Assembly: GCA_027317185.1 (NCBI GenBank)
Contig: DAHVFB010000001.1
Location: 35,954-99,953, forward strand
Direction: 5' to 3'
Length of the DNA stretch: 64,000 nt
DNA from: Deltaproteobacteria bacterium
GTDB lineage: Bacteria > Desulfobacterota > Binatia > Binatales > Binataceae
The position numbers and the translations under genes are program-made. Positions 1 through 8,320 of the stretch are shown here, piece after piece; position 1 is the stretch's first letter; the number at the start of each line of letters is the position of its first letter. Under the pieces are notes generated by a model. It had not been told where the DNA came from, did no database searches, and worked only from the letters and a program-made list of their open reading frames with translations.

Positions 1-497
1 TGCGACACGATCTCTTCGATCAGCGTGCGCTTGGCTTCCTCACGGGTCAGTCCGGCCACCGCTTCGAGCCGGCCGCGCGCCTCCTCGATCAAGGCCTGCC
101 GTTCGGCCTCCTTGTTGGCGAGGTTGCCTTCGCGGGTCTTGAGACCCTGATCGCGCCGGTTGAGCTCGGCTTCACGCCGCTCGAACGACTCGACTCGTTT
201 TTCAAAGCTTTCCTCCCGTGCTTGAAGCTTGCTTTCGAGCCCGGATAATTCCCGCCGCCGCTCGCGCCCTTCGCGCTCGGCTTCGGCTCGCGCAGTGGCC
301 ACTAGTTCCTTTGCCTTTAGTTCTCCTTCTTTGATCAGAAGTTCACGTTTGGTCTGGGCTTCACGGATGATCTCGTCGGCTTTATTGGCCGCGGCTTCCC
401 CATCGGCTGCCTGCTGGCGTTGCCGGGAAGCCGTCAAAATAAAGATAGCCGCGCCGCCGATCATCAGACCCAGGACGATTGCAATTAGTATCTCCAC
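1..497 (-). CDS. rny: Ribonuclease Y, N-terminal part (TM helix plus coiled coil); gene continues beyond window start
   Basis: Minus-strand ORF from GTG at 497 (GGAGG SD 7 nt upstream) reads VEILIAIVLGLMIGGAAIFILTASRQ then a long Glu/Arg/Lys coiled coil ending ...GLTREEAKRTLIEEIVS, matching the RNase Y N-terminus (B. subtilis SLTRDEAKQIILERV). No stop before position 1. Absent from the ORF track because it is open-ended. Confidence 0.6.
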   Translation of the reverse strand, partial: MEILIAIVLGLMIGGAAIFILTASRQRQQAADGEAAANKADEIIREAQTKRELLIKEGELKAKELVATARAEAEREGRERRRELSGLESKLQAREESFEKRVESFERREAELNRRDQGLKTREGNLANKEAERQALIEEARGRLEAVAGLTREEAKRTLIEEIVS

Positions 498-1120
498 CTG
501 GGACCTCCTTCTTCCGCCGATATCCGGGCCGGCGAGGGCGCATCAATGCCGTCCGGATAAATGGCGGATTCAGTAATCACAAAATCGAGCCGCCGATCGT
601 GCGCTTCGCACGGCAGCTCATCGAGCAACTGGAACGAATAAGCAAGTCCAATACTTGTCGCCGGAGGGGAAATCTCGCGTAGCAGACGATCGTAGTGGCC
701 ACCGCCACGTCCGATCCGATCTCCAGCGCTACTGAACGCGACGCCCGGTACGCATACCAGCATCTGGCGCAAGGATTCCGGAGTGGCGGTTTCTTCGCCG
801 TCCGGCTCAAGGATTCCGTAAGCGCCAACCCGCAGGCTGGAGCGATCGGTAATCCTGATGACCTCCAGGCGATCGCGCCCGGCATTCAGACGAGGATAGA
901 AAACCGCCTTGCCGCTGGCCAAGGCGGCGGCAAGAATTGCGTCGGTGGCGGCTTCCTGGCGGTGGGCAGCGTAAAGCAGGATCGCGCTCGCAGCGCGATA
1001 CCTGTCCCATCGAAGCAGACGGTCCTGAATTAGTTCGGATAGCGCGGCCGCGCGCGACGAAGACAAGTCCTCGCGGCTGTGCGCAATAATCGACCTGAAT
1101 AATCCTTTTTCGTCCGCCAC
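485..1120 (-). CDS. 5-formyltetrahydrofolate cyclo-ligase (MTHFS/YgfA family)
   Basis: 211-aa ORF with a GGGHYDR motif and overall MTHFS-like layout. Overlaps the rny start by 13 nt. Confidence 0.65.
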   Translation of the reverse strand: MADEKGLFRSIIAHSREDLSSSRAAALSELIQDRLLRWDRYRAASAILLYAAHRQEAATDAILAAALASGKAVFYPRLNAGRDRLEVIRITDRSSLRVGAYGILEPDGEETATPESLRQMLVCVPGVAFSSAGDRIGRGGGHYDRLLREISPPATSIGLAYSFQLLDELPCEAHDRRLDFVITESAIYPDGIDAPSPARISAEEGGPRWRY

Positions 1121-1385
1121 TGGTCTTCCAGCGGCAGGTACAGGGCCTAAGTCGGTAAGCTCATCGATTCGCTCACGGGCCAGCGCGCAGCCGAGAACAA
1201 TCCGCCACTTGCTGCCCGTCCAATATTTCCCTCGCGGTTAAAGTCGGTCGTATCATCGTCGACAACTCATAAACCAATAATATCGATACACACACCGCGT
1301 TATGCCTTCCGCTAAGCCCCACTAACCCCGCCGCAATCTATAGTATGTCCGCTGGCGCGCCGAATATTCAATTCAGCGATGCCCC
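1121..1385 (-). ncRNA. ssrS: Candidate 6S RNA (ssrS) in conserved zapA-ssrS-ygfA synteny
   Basis: 265-bp ORF-free gap between zapA and the 5-FCL gene, all on the same strand. In E. coli and many other bacteria ssrS occupies exactly this position. Possible closing stem ccagcgg/ccgctgg. Not folded or searched. Confidence 0.3.
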
Positions 1386-1652
1386 TTAATCCTCCATCGC
1401 CGCGGACAGTCTGCCGTTCAAAGCCTCAATCTGATCGGTCAATTCCCGATGCTCTCTGCGTAAGCTTTCGAGTTCATCAGCGAGATTGAGCGCCGCCAAA
1501 ATCGCCACGCTGACCGAGTTCACGGTCCTGGTCCGGGTCTGAATCTCCCGAATTCTGTCGTTCACCTGTCGAGCCAGGGCCTTGACCCATTCATCGCCAC
1601 GATCGCTCGCGACTGTCAGGCTCAGGCCCATAATCTCGACATTAACGTTCAT
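1386..1652 (-). CDS. zapA: Cell division protein ZapA
   Basis: 88-aa protein with a ZapA-like N-terminal domain and C-terminal coiled coil (LESLRREHRELTDQIEALNGRL). Confidence 0.65.
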   Translation of the reverse strand: MNVNVEIMGLSLTVASDRGDEWVKALARQVNDRIREIQTRTRTVNSVSVAILAALNLADELESLRREHRELTDQIEALNGRLSAAMED

Positions 1653-1666
1653 CGCATCACGCCCGT

Positions 1667-1921
1667 TCAGCCAAGCTCCAGACCGTCGAAGCGGGTCAGT
1701 ATCTTCTCGATTCGGCTGCGAACCTCGTTACGCTCGTCCTCATGCTGCTGACATTCGGAATGGAGCTGCTTGAGTTCCTCGCTCGCTTCCAGAAAGCGTC
1801 CCTCGCTCTCCGCAAGTTGCTGCACCAGTTTCTCGTTTTCCTGCCGTAACTGATGAATTCTGGCTACCGAAGCCTGAATTCTTTCATCCAACTGTTTTAA
1901 TGAATCAATCGCCATTGGCAT
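1667..1921 (-). CDS. zapB: ZapB-like small coiled-coil cell division protein
   Basis: 84-aa fully coiled-coil protein (QLRQENEKLVQQLAESEG...) immediately upstream of zapA. Confidence 0.45.
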   Translation of the reverse strand: MPMAIDSLKQLDERIQASVARIHQLRQENEKLVQQLAESEGRFLEASEELKQLHSECQQHEDERNEVRSRIEKILTRFDGLELG

Positions 1922-1959
1922 AAATCCCCAGCCACTCTAATTTTCCATAAATAAAGCTG

Positions 1960-3366
1960 TCAAGCCGCATAAGAACCACTGGTGCCCTGATTGGCGGATT
2001 CTTCGCTCTCGAACAGCGCTTCGACGAATTCATGAGCGTCAAAAGGTCTCAGATCCTCGACGCTTTCACCTAATCCTACATATCTGACCGGCAGCTTCAT
2101 CTGCTCCGCCACCGCCACAATCACCCCTCCTTTCGCAGTACTATCCAGTTTCGCGAGCACCACGCCGGTAAGCGCCACGGCATCTTTGAAGACTTTCGCC
2201 TGGCTAAGCGCATTCTGGCCGGTTGTAGCGTCCAGTACGAGCCAGGTCTCATGCGGCGCGCCGGGCAGGCTTCGCCCGACCACTCTTGCGATCTTTTTTA
2301 ACTCCTCCATCAAGTTGGTCTTGGTTTGCAGCCGTCCTGCCGTATCGATCAAGACCGTCCTCACACTTCGGGCCCGTGCGGCCGCCACCGCGTCAAAGGC
2401 GATCGCAGCCGGATCGGATCCCGGCTTCTGCTTGATGATCTCCGCCCCCACCCGTTTACACCATACTTCGAGTTGTTCGATAGCCGCGGCGCGAAAAGTA
2501 TCCGCCGCCGCTACGATCACAGGCCCGCGCTCGAGCTTGAACATGGTGGCCAGCTTCGCGACCGTCGTGGTTTTGCCAACCCCATTGACGCCCACCAGCA
2601 TCACCACCAGCGGCTCGTCGCCCGAATCGGCACCCGGACGCTCGACCGCAGCCAGGATGCGCTCGATTTCCGCCTTGAGCGCTTCACGGATCGCATCAGG
2701 CCGCGCATCGTGCTTGAGCCGGTCGCGCACCGCTGCGATTATCCGCATGCTCGCCTCGACCCCGACGTCCGCCGCGATTAGCGCTTCCTCAAGCTCCTCG
2801 CACATCTGATCAAGCTTGGCTCCGCCCCCCAGCACCGCGCGAATCCGGCCCATAAAGGCGTCGCGTGTGCGGCGCAAGCCAAATCCGAGCCTTTTTGGCG
2901 CGGCTTTGGGCGCCGCTTCGATAGGGGCTGGCTCCGCCGCTTCAGCTTGCTGCGGCTCAGCAACTTCAGTCTCCGGAACCGTGGCAGCGGGCGCTTCCAC
3001 CACCGACGGAGCGACCTCCGGCCCGGCCTTCAGTGCCTCGGGCTGCGTTTCCAGTGACAGCGGCTCGGCCCCAGCTTCCGATGGATGCTCGTTCTCATGC
3101 TCGATCGGACGCGCCGGCGCAGGTGGGCGTTGGACCGGTGGAGTCGCGCGGAACGGACGTCTGACCCGAGCGGGGGCCGACGGAGCACGTTCGGCCGCGG
3201 GCGCCTTCGTGGGTTCACCACCGTCGACCGCGGGCCGCGCCGCATCGGCAAAGGCGGCGGGCCGCCGTTTGCGATCGCTCAGCTCGACCAACAGGGCGCA
3301 GCCGAGCAGCCCGAACTGCATGCCCATCGCCATCATGAGCAGCACAGCAATCTGGTAGGAAGCCAC
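1960..3366 (-). CDS. ftsY: Signal recognition particle receptor FtsY
   Basis: 468 aa. N-terminal TM segment plus acidic/Pro-Ala-rich linker. C-terminal NG domain with GVNGVGKTTT, DTAGR and TKLD-like motifs. Confidence 0.9.
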   Translation of the reverse strand: MASYQIAVLLMMAMGMQFGLLGCALLVELSDRKRRPAAFADAARPAVDGGEPTKAPAAERAPSAPARVRRPFRATPPVQRPPAPARPIEHENEHPSEAGAEPLSLETQPEALKAGPEVAPSVVEAPAATVPETEVAEPQQAEAAEPAPIEAAPKAAPKRLGFGLRRTRDAFMGRIRAVLGGGAKLDQMCEELEEALIAADVGVEASMRIIAAVRDRLKHDARPDAIREALKAEIERILAAVERPGADSGDEPLVVMLVGVNGVGKTTTVAKLATMFKLERGPVIVAAADTFRAAAIEQLEVWCKRVGAEIIKQKPGSDPAAIAFDAVAAARARSVRTVLIDTAGRLQTKTNLMEELKKIARVVGRSLPGAPHETWLVLDATTGQNALSQAKVFKDAVALTGVVLAKLDSTAKGGVIVAVAEQMKLPVRYVGLGESVEDLRPFDAHEFVEALFESEESANQGTSGSYAA

Positions 3367-3516
3367 GCGAACCTCGAATGTAGATTACCGGTGCGGCCAG
3401 GGCCAGTCGGGAGACAGACGCCCATACGCTGAACTCGGCGTTACGAGAATAACAAGGGCGTCACGGATGGGAAACTCCGGTACGCAAAAACTGCCTGAAA
3501 CACTTCAAAATTTCCC

Positions 3517-3630
3517 TCTCCTTGTCTTAGAAGAGGGTCAGGGAGAGGTTATCCTGGTAGCTAATGCATCTTTAAGGCGAAGACGAAGACCTCGCCCTAC
3601 CCTCCCCTTGGACAAGGGGAGGGATTGAAC
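3517..3630. repeat. REP-like palindromic repeat units (CCCTCTCCTTG..CAAGGAGAGGG plus TCAGGGAGAGG); second copy of the family at 24689-24724
   Basis: 3517-3551 ccctctccttgtcttagaagagggtcagggagagg and 3606-3625 ccttggacaaggggaggg. Segments of both recur, partly in opposite orientation, at 24689-24724 (cctctccctgaccctctccttggacaaggagaggg). Confidence 0.55.
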
Positions 3631-3687
3631 CCACGATCTTAAAAAATCCATCGTAAATTCACACGATGCTGCTGCGAAGCGGCCGGA

Positions 3688-6600
3688 TTACGCGGCGGCG
3701 CGCGGGATGCGCATCGAGATCACCTTCGATACCCCGGGGCGATCCATCGTGACGCCGTGCACCTGGTCGGCGCGCTGCATGGTGCGCTGATTGTGCGTGA
3801 TCACGATAAATTGCGACTGTTCCTTGAACTCCTCGACGATCGTCGCGAAGGCGGCCACGCTGAATTCGTCGAGCGGCGCGTCAACCTCGTCCATCACGCA
3901 GAACGGGCTGGGATTGAGCAGAAACAGCGAGAACATCAGCGCCATCGCGGAGAGCGCCTTCTCGCCGCCCGACAGCAATCCGATTTCACGCACCTTCTTG
4001 CCCGGCGGCTGCACGAGGATATTGACCCCGGCATCGAGCAGGTCGCCATTACCGTCGAGTTCGAGCCGGCCCTGTCCGCCGCGCATCAGCTTGGGGAACA
4101 ATTGTGAAAAGTTGAGGGCTGCGCCCTCGAAAGTTTCGGCGAATCGGCGGCGCGCCTCGGTGTTGAGCTTTTTGATGGTTTGGCTCAGGTCTTCGACCGC
4201 CGCTTCGAGGTCGGCCTTCTCGGTGTTCAACGCCGCCGCGCGATCCTCGAGTTCGCGCACCTCGCTCTCGGCCGCCAGGTTCACCTCGCCAATCTTCTCA
4301 GCCCTGGCGCGCAGCTCGCTCAGCCGTCGATCGTCCTCTTCAGCATTGCGCGCGGTCAGCGCCTGCTCGATTTCATCGGCGACTGCCGTAAACGGGGTTA
4401 AAAATTTCTCGGCAAAGGTGCGATCAAGCTCCTCGCCGAGTGCGCTGGCGCGTTCTTTTTGCAGACTGCACTCCATCGCCTCGCGCTCAAGCCGCGACAA
4501 CCGATCGCGGGTTTCATTCAGATGCGCTCGGCGTTGATTGAGCGCACTTTCGCACCCGGCGCATTGTGCGCGCAAAGCTTCAATTTCGGTTCCAAGAGCG
4601 GCTTCGCGATCGCGATTTTGCGCATCCTGCACCGCCAGCTTTTCAAGCTCACCCGCAAACTCAATTCGTTCGCCGGCCAGACGCGCAAGCGTGGCCAAAC
4701 CGTCGTTGATCTGCGATTCCAACCCGATCGTGAGCTGTTGCAGATGGCGCAGCTCCTGCTCCAGAGACTTCAAGGTCGCGCGCCGCGCCTCAACCCGCGA
4801 GGCGGTCTGGGCGGCCGCGTGTGCAAGCTCTTCGGCGGTTTTTTTCTTATCGTCGAGCTCGAAGTTAATCGCGGCCAACTCGCTGCGGAAGCGCTGTTCG
4901 GCAATCGCCAACGCTTCCAGGCGTACGTTCGATCCGGCCACGGTTTCGGCAATCTCACCGAGGCGGCGCGCGGCGTCGCTACGGCGCGCCTCGGCCAGTG
5001 CGATCTGACTTTCGATCCGCGCCAACAGCTTGCGCTTTTCATCCAACTCGCGTTCGCCGGTGTTTGCCGTTCGACGGGCCTCGCCAAGCTGGTTTTCAAG
5101 CTGAATTCTTTCCGCGCGCCGCGCCGCCAGTGCCTGCTCGGCGCCGGCATGCTCGCGCACGGCTTCATCGAGCGCACGCCGGGCGTCATCGAGCGAGACC
5201 ACCGGTTCGGCTTCGAATTCGCTGTCGTGATTATCGCTGCTGCCGCCGCTGATCACGCGCCCCGGATGCACCAGGTCGCCCTCGCGGGTCACGAACACGG
5301 TCCCATGTCCGTTCAAATTAGAGGCCGCCAGCGCGCACTCGACATTATCGGCCAGCATCACATGGCCCAGCAGCGCTTCGGCGGTGGCGCTGAAACGCGG
5401 CTCAATCTCGAGCATCTCGACCAAACGTCCGGCGATACCGGGCGCTTCGATGCCTTCTGATCGCGCCGTTATATCGGCCTGCGGCACAAAGCTCAGACGC
5501 CCTGCCTTTTTTTGTTTAAGAATGTCGATCGCTTTGACCGCGAAATATGGCGATTCGACCACCACCGCTTCGAGCTGATCGCCCAGCACCGCGTGCACCG
5601 CGGGCGCCAGCGCGGGCGGCACCGTCAACAGATCGGTCAAGGCGGGCGGATCTACCGCCGGCCGATCGCCGTTGAGCGATTCGAGCACTTTGCGCAAACG
5701 CATCGCCACCGGCCGCTGCGCCCGGCGCGCCTCGCGCCGCTCGGCAGTTTTTAATATTTCGCGAGTTGACGAGACGCGGCCAGCGGCGCGCTCGACGATT
5801 GTGCGCGCCTCCAGTTCGCGTTCGGTGGCCTCGCCACGCAATCTTTCGATCTCCGGCAGGCGTGCGCGCGCGCTATCGAGCGCGGCCTCGGCAGTGCGCA
5901 GGTTTTCCTGTGCCGGACCAAGACTGGCTGCGGGATCGATCTGCGCGGAGGGCATATCGCGCGGCGTGCTCAGCGCCAATCGCGACTCGAGTTCCGCCCG
6001 CTCGCCGCTGAGGTCGGCCAAGCGACCGCGAATCACGGCGGCCTCGCGCACCACCTCGGAAAGCTCGTCCTTCAGATTCTCGGTCCCGCGTTCCACCGCG
6101 CGCAGCGCGGCCCGCGCGGCCTCGTGACGCTGGCGTTGATCGGCCAGTACCGATTCCGAACCATCGTCATCGCGTAGCTCACGGGCCAATCGCGATCCAT
6201 AAAGGGCGCGGTCGGCGCGCGAGGCGGTGGCCTTCAGCTCAAGCTCAGCCAGCCGGGCACGCAGTGCAGGTTCATCCTGATCGGCCGCGGCCAACCGACG
6301 GGCCAGAAATTCGCGAGCCCGCGCACGATCGGCGTCGCTGGCGCGAAGGCTTTCAAATTCGCGGGTGGCGCTGTGCAGCCGCTCGCGCTCGCCCGTAAGC
6401 GTTTCGGCCAGTTCACGTACGCCAACCTCGAACTCCTGAGCTGTGCCGCGCAAACCTTCGCTGTCGGCGCGCAGGTCAGTTTCGCGGCCCGAGCATCGGA
6501 GCTGTTCGGATCGCGTATGCAACAAGCGGCGGGCGGCCGCGAATCTTTCGACCTCGTGCAACTCGGCACGGATGATTCGGTAGGTCTCGGCCTTTTTTGC

Positions 6601-7236
6601 CTGCCGGCGGGAGTAGTTCAGTTGCCGATCGATCTCGGCCACCACGTCGCTGACCCGGCTCAGGTTTTCCTGCACGCGCTCGAGCTTGCGCTCGCTCATC
6701 TCGCGGCGCCCTTTGAACAGACCCAGCCCGGCAGCCTCCTCGATCAGCGTGCGAATCTCGGCCGGTTTAGCCTGGATAATTTCCTCCACCCGGCCCTGCT
6801 CGATCAATGCATAGCCGCGGCTGTGGATGCCCGCGGCCATGAAAAACTCCGCGATATCCTTGAGCCGGCAGGGAATCTTATTGATCAGATACTCGGAGTC
6901 TCCCGATCGATAGGCGCGCCGCGTAACGCACATCTCGGTGAGCCTGGAATAAGGCTCGGGCAGCGGCGAGTTTTCCTCGGATTCGAGGGTGAGCGAAACC
7001 TCCGCCATCCCGGCGGCGGGGTTATGCTCATTGCCGGCGTAAATTAGATCCTCCACGCTTTTGCCGCGCAGCCGGGTCGGCGCCTGCTCGCCCAGCACCC
7101 AGCGAATCGCGTCCATCACATTGGACTTGCCGCATCCGTTGGGACCCACCACGGCAGTGATGCCGGGTGAAAACGAAATCAGCGTGGGATCCAGAAAAGA
7201 TTTGAAGCCTACCAATTCGAGGCTCTTAAGACGCAT
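3688..7236 (-). CDS. smc: Chromosome segregation protein SMC
   Basis: 1182 aa. N-terminal Walker A (GPNGCGKSN), long coiled coils, hinge, C-terminal signature LSGGEKALSAMAL and Walker B/D-loop. Confidence 0.92.
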   Translation of the reverse strand: MRLKSLELVGFKSFLDPTLISFSPGITAVVGPNGCGKSNVMDAIRWVLGEQAPTRLRGKSVEDLIYAGNEHNPAAGMAEVSLTLESEENSPLPEPYSRLTEMCVTRRAYRSGDSEYLINKIPCRLKDIAEFFMAAGIHSRGYALIEQGRVEEIIQAKPAEIRTLIEEAAGLGLFKGRREMSERKLERVQENLSRVSDVVAEIDRQLNYSRRQAKKAETYRIIRAELHEVERFAAARRLLHTRSEQLRCSGRETDLRADSEGLRGTAQEFEVGVRELAETLTGERERLHSATREFESLRASDADRARAREFLARRLAAADQDEPALRARLAELELKATASRADRALYGSRLARELRDDDGSESVLADQRQRHEAARAALRAVERGTENLKDELSEVVREAAVIRGRLADLSGERAELESRLALSTPRDMPSAQIDPAASLGPAQENLRTAEAALDSARARLPEIERLRGEATERELEARTIVERAAGRVSSTREILKTAERREARRAQRPVAMRLRKVLESLNGDRPAVDPPALTDLLTVPPALAPAVHAVLGDQLEAVVVESPYFAVKAIDILKQKKAGRLSFVPQADITARSEGIEAPGIAGRLVEMLEIEPRFSATAEALLGHVMLADNVECALAASNLNGHGTVFVTREGDLVHPGRVISGGSSDNHDSEFEAEPVVSLDDARRALDEAVREHAGAEQALAARRAERIQLENQLGEARRTANTGERELDEKRKLLARIESQIALAEARRSDAARRLGEIAETVAGSNVRLEALAIAEQRFRSELAAINFELDDKKKTAEELAHAAAQTASRVEARRATLKSLEQELRHLQQLTIGLESQINDGLATLARLAGERIEFAGELEKLAVQDAQNRDREAALGTEIEALRAQCAGCESALNQRRAHLNETRDRLSRLEREAMECSLQKERASALGEELDRTFAEKFLTPFTAVADEIEQALTARNAEEDDRRLSELRARAEKIGEVNLAAESEVRELEDRAAALNTEKADLEAAVEDLSQTIKKLNTEARRRFAETFEGAALNFSQLFPKLMRGGQGRLELDGNGDLLDAGVNILVQPPGKKVREIGLLSGGEKALSAMALMFSLFLLNPSPFCVMDEVDAPLDEFSVAAFATIVEEFKEQSQFIVITHNQRTMQRADQVHGVTMDRPGVSKVISMRIPRAAA

Positions 7237-7402
7237 ACACCGCCCTCACCTCCGCCCTCCACAACAAGGCGCGCCATCCACTCTTCAGAGGCCACCAGCA
7301 TATCCGACATCGGGGCCGGATGGTCAAGCCTTGAATCAATATAATGTGGATAACCGCGATCGGAAACCCAACTTATTGTGATTTGACGGAGAGGACGGTC
7401 GA

Positions 7403-8047
7403 CTATTCGGGCAACAGTTCGGTATTCCAGTAGGCGGTATCGACCGCGCTCAGAAACGGCGTCCATTCTCGATAACGGCGCAGGCTGAAGATATCGGCCG
7501 AAAATGGCGTCCATTCCGGGCGGCACGGCCGGCGGATCAACATCATGCGGGCCTCTTCGGGCGTGCGGCCACCCTTGCGCCTATTACATATGTGGCAAGA
7601 GCAGACGATATTCTCCCAGGTCGACATGCCGCCGCGCGATCGCGGGACTACATGATCGAGGTTGAGCTCCGTACGCGGCAATCGCTGGCCGCAGTATTGG
7701 CAGGTATTGTTATCGCGCGCGAAAATGTTGAAGCGTGAGAAACGTACGTGGCGGCGTGGGATGCGTTCATAGGCCATCAGCACCATCACTCGCGGCACGC
7801 GGATGAAGCCGCCGATGATACCAAGGCGGTCGTGATGCATCTCGATCGACAGGTGGCGCCAGCTCTCGAAATCGAAGGTGCGGTATTCCTCATCAACTGC
7901 GCGCGCCACGCCCTGATACAATAAAGCGAAGGCGCGCTTGACCGAAGTGACGTGAACTGGAAGATAAGAGCGATTGAGCACCAACACCTTGCTATTAAGG
8001 AGCGAGGTTCCCGTGGGCCGCAAAGCACTTTCGACCGCAGCAGACAT
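7403..8047 (-). CDS. HNH endonuclease family protein
   Basis: 214 aa with CQYCG...LNLDHVVPRSRGG...N..CSCHICNRRK, a zinc-binding HNH nuclease motif. Confidence 0.65.
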   Translation of the reverse strand: MSAAVESALRPTGTSLLNSKVLVLNRSYLPVHVTSVKRAFALLYQGVARAVDEEYRTFDFESWRHLSIEMHHDRLGIIGGFIRVPRVMVLMAYERIPRRHVRFSRFNIFARDNNTCQYCGQRLPRTELNLDHVVPRSRGGMSTWENIVCSCHICNRRKGGRTPEEARMMLIRRPCRPEWTPFSADIFSLRRYREWTPFLSAVDTAYWNTELLPE

Positions 8048-8320
8048 TGGAAAAGCAGTAGCGTGCCCAAACCGGGCAAGTCAAGGCAGGCTCAACCAAG
8101 CAAGCCTTAAGCCTGAGTTACGCTCGCCGTTCGCCTTGCGCGTCGGAACCGGTCTCCGTATGATTTACGCAAGATGTGCAGGAGTTGAGGGGAGCGCGAC
8201 GGCAATCCGACGCTACCATCGTTGTTTTTTGCTGAGTAATCGCCGCGGGCGTTCACGCTCAGTTTTCCAATCCGGGTCACATCGCCCGCCTGACATTTCT
8301 TGCGCTGGATCTGGATCCCT

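Noticed and set aside
229-682. Plus-strand ORFs 229..576 and 479..682
   Set aside because: They lie antisense to rny and the 5-FCL gene and give low-complexity Ser/Arg/Ala-rich translations typical of wrong-frame GC-rich DNA.
2186-3432. Plus-strand ORFs inside ftsY (2186..2809, 2326..2781, 2816..3358, 3085..3432)
   Set aside because: They overlap the well-supported minus-strand ftsY gene. Composition is Ala/Ser/Arg-rich with no motifs.
3596-3640. tRNA-like GGATTGAACCC (T-loop-like) sequence
   Set aside because: No acceptor stem, anticodon arm or cloverleaf can be built. The sequence belongs to the REP-like palindrome.
3757-7047. Numerous plus-strand ORFs inside smc (e.g. 3791..4537, 4459..5460, 6373..7047)
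   Set aside because: Antisense shadow ORFs of the 1182-aa SMC gene.
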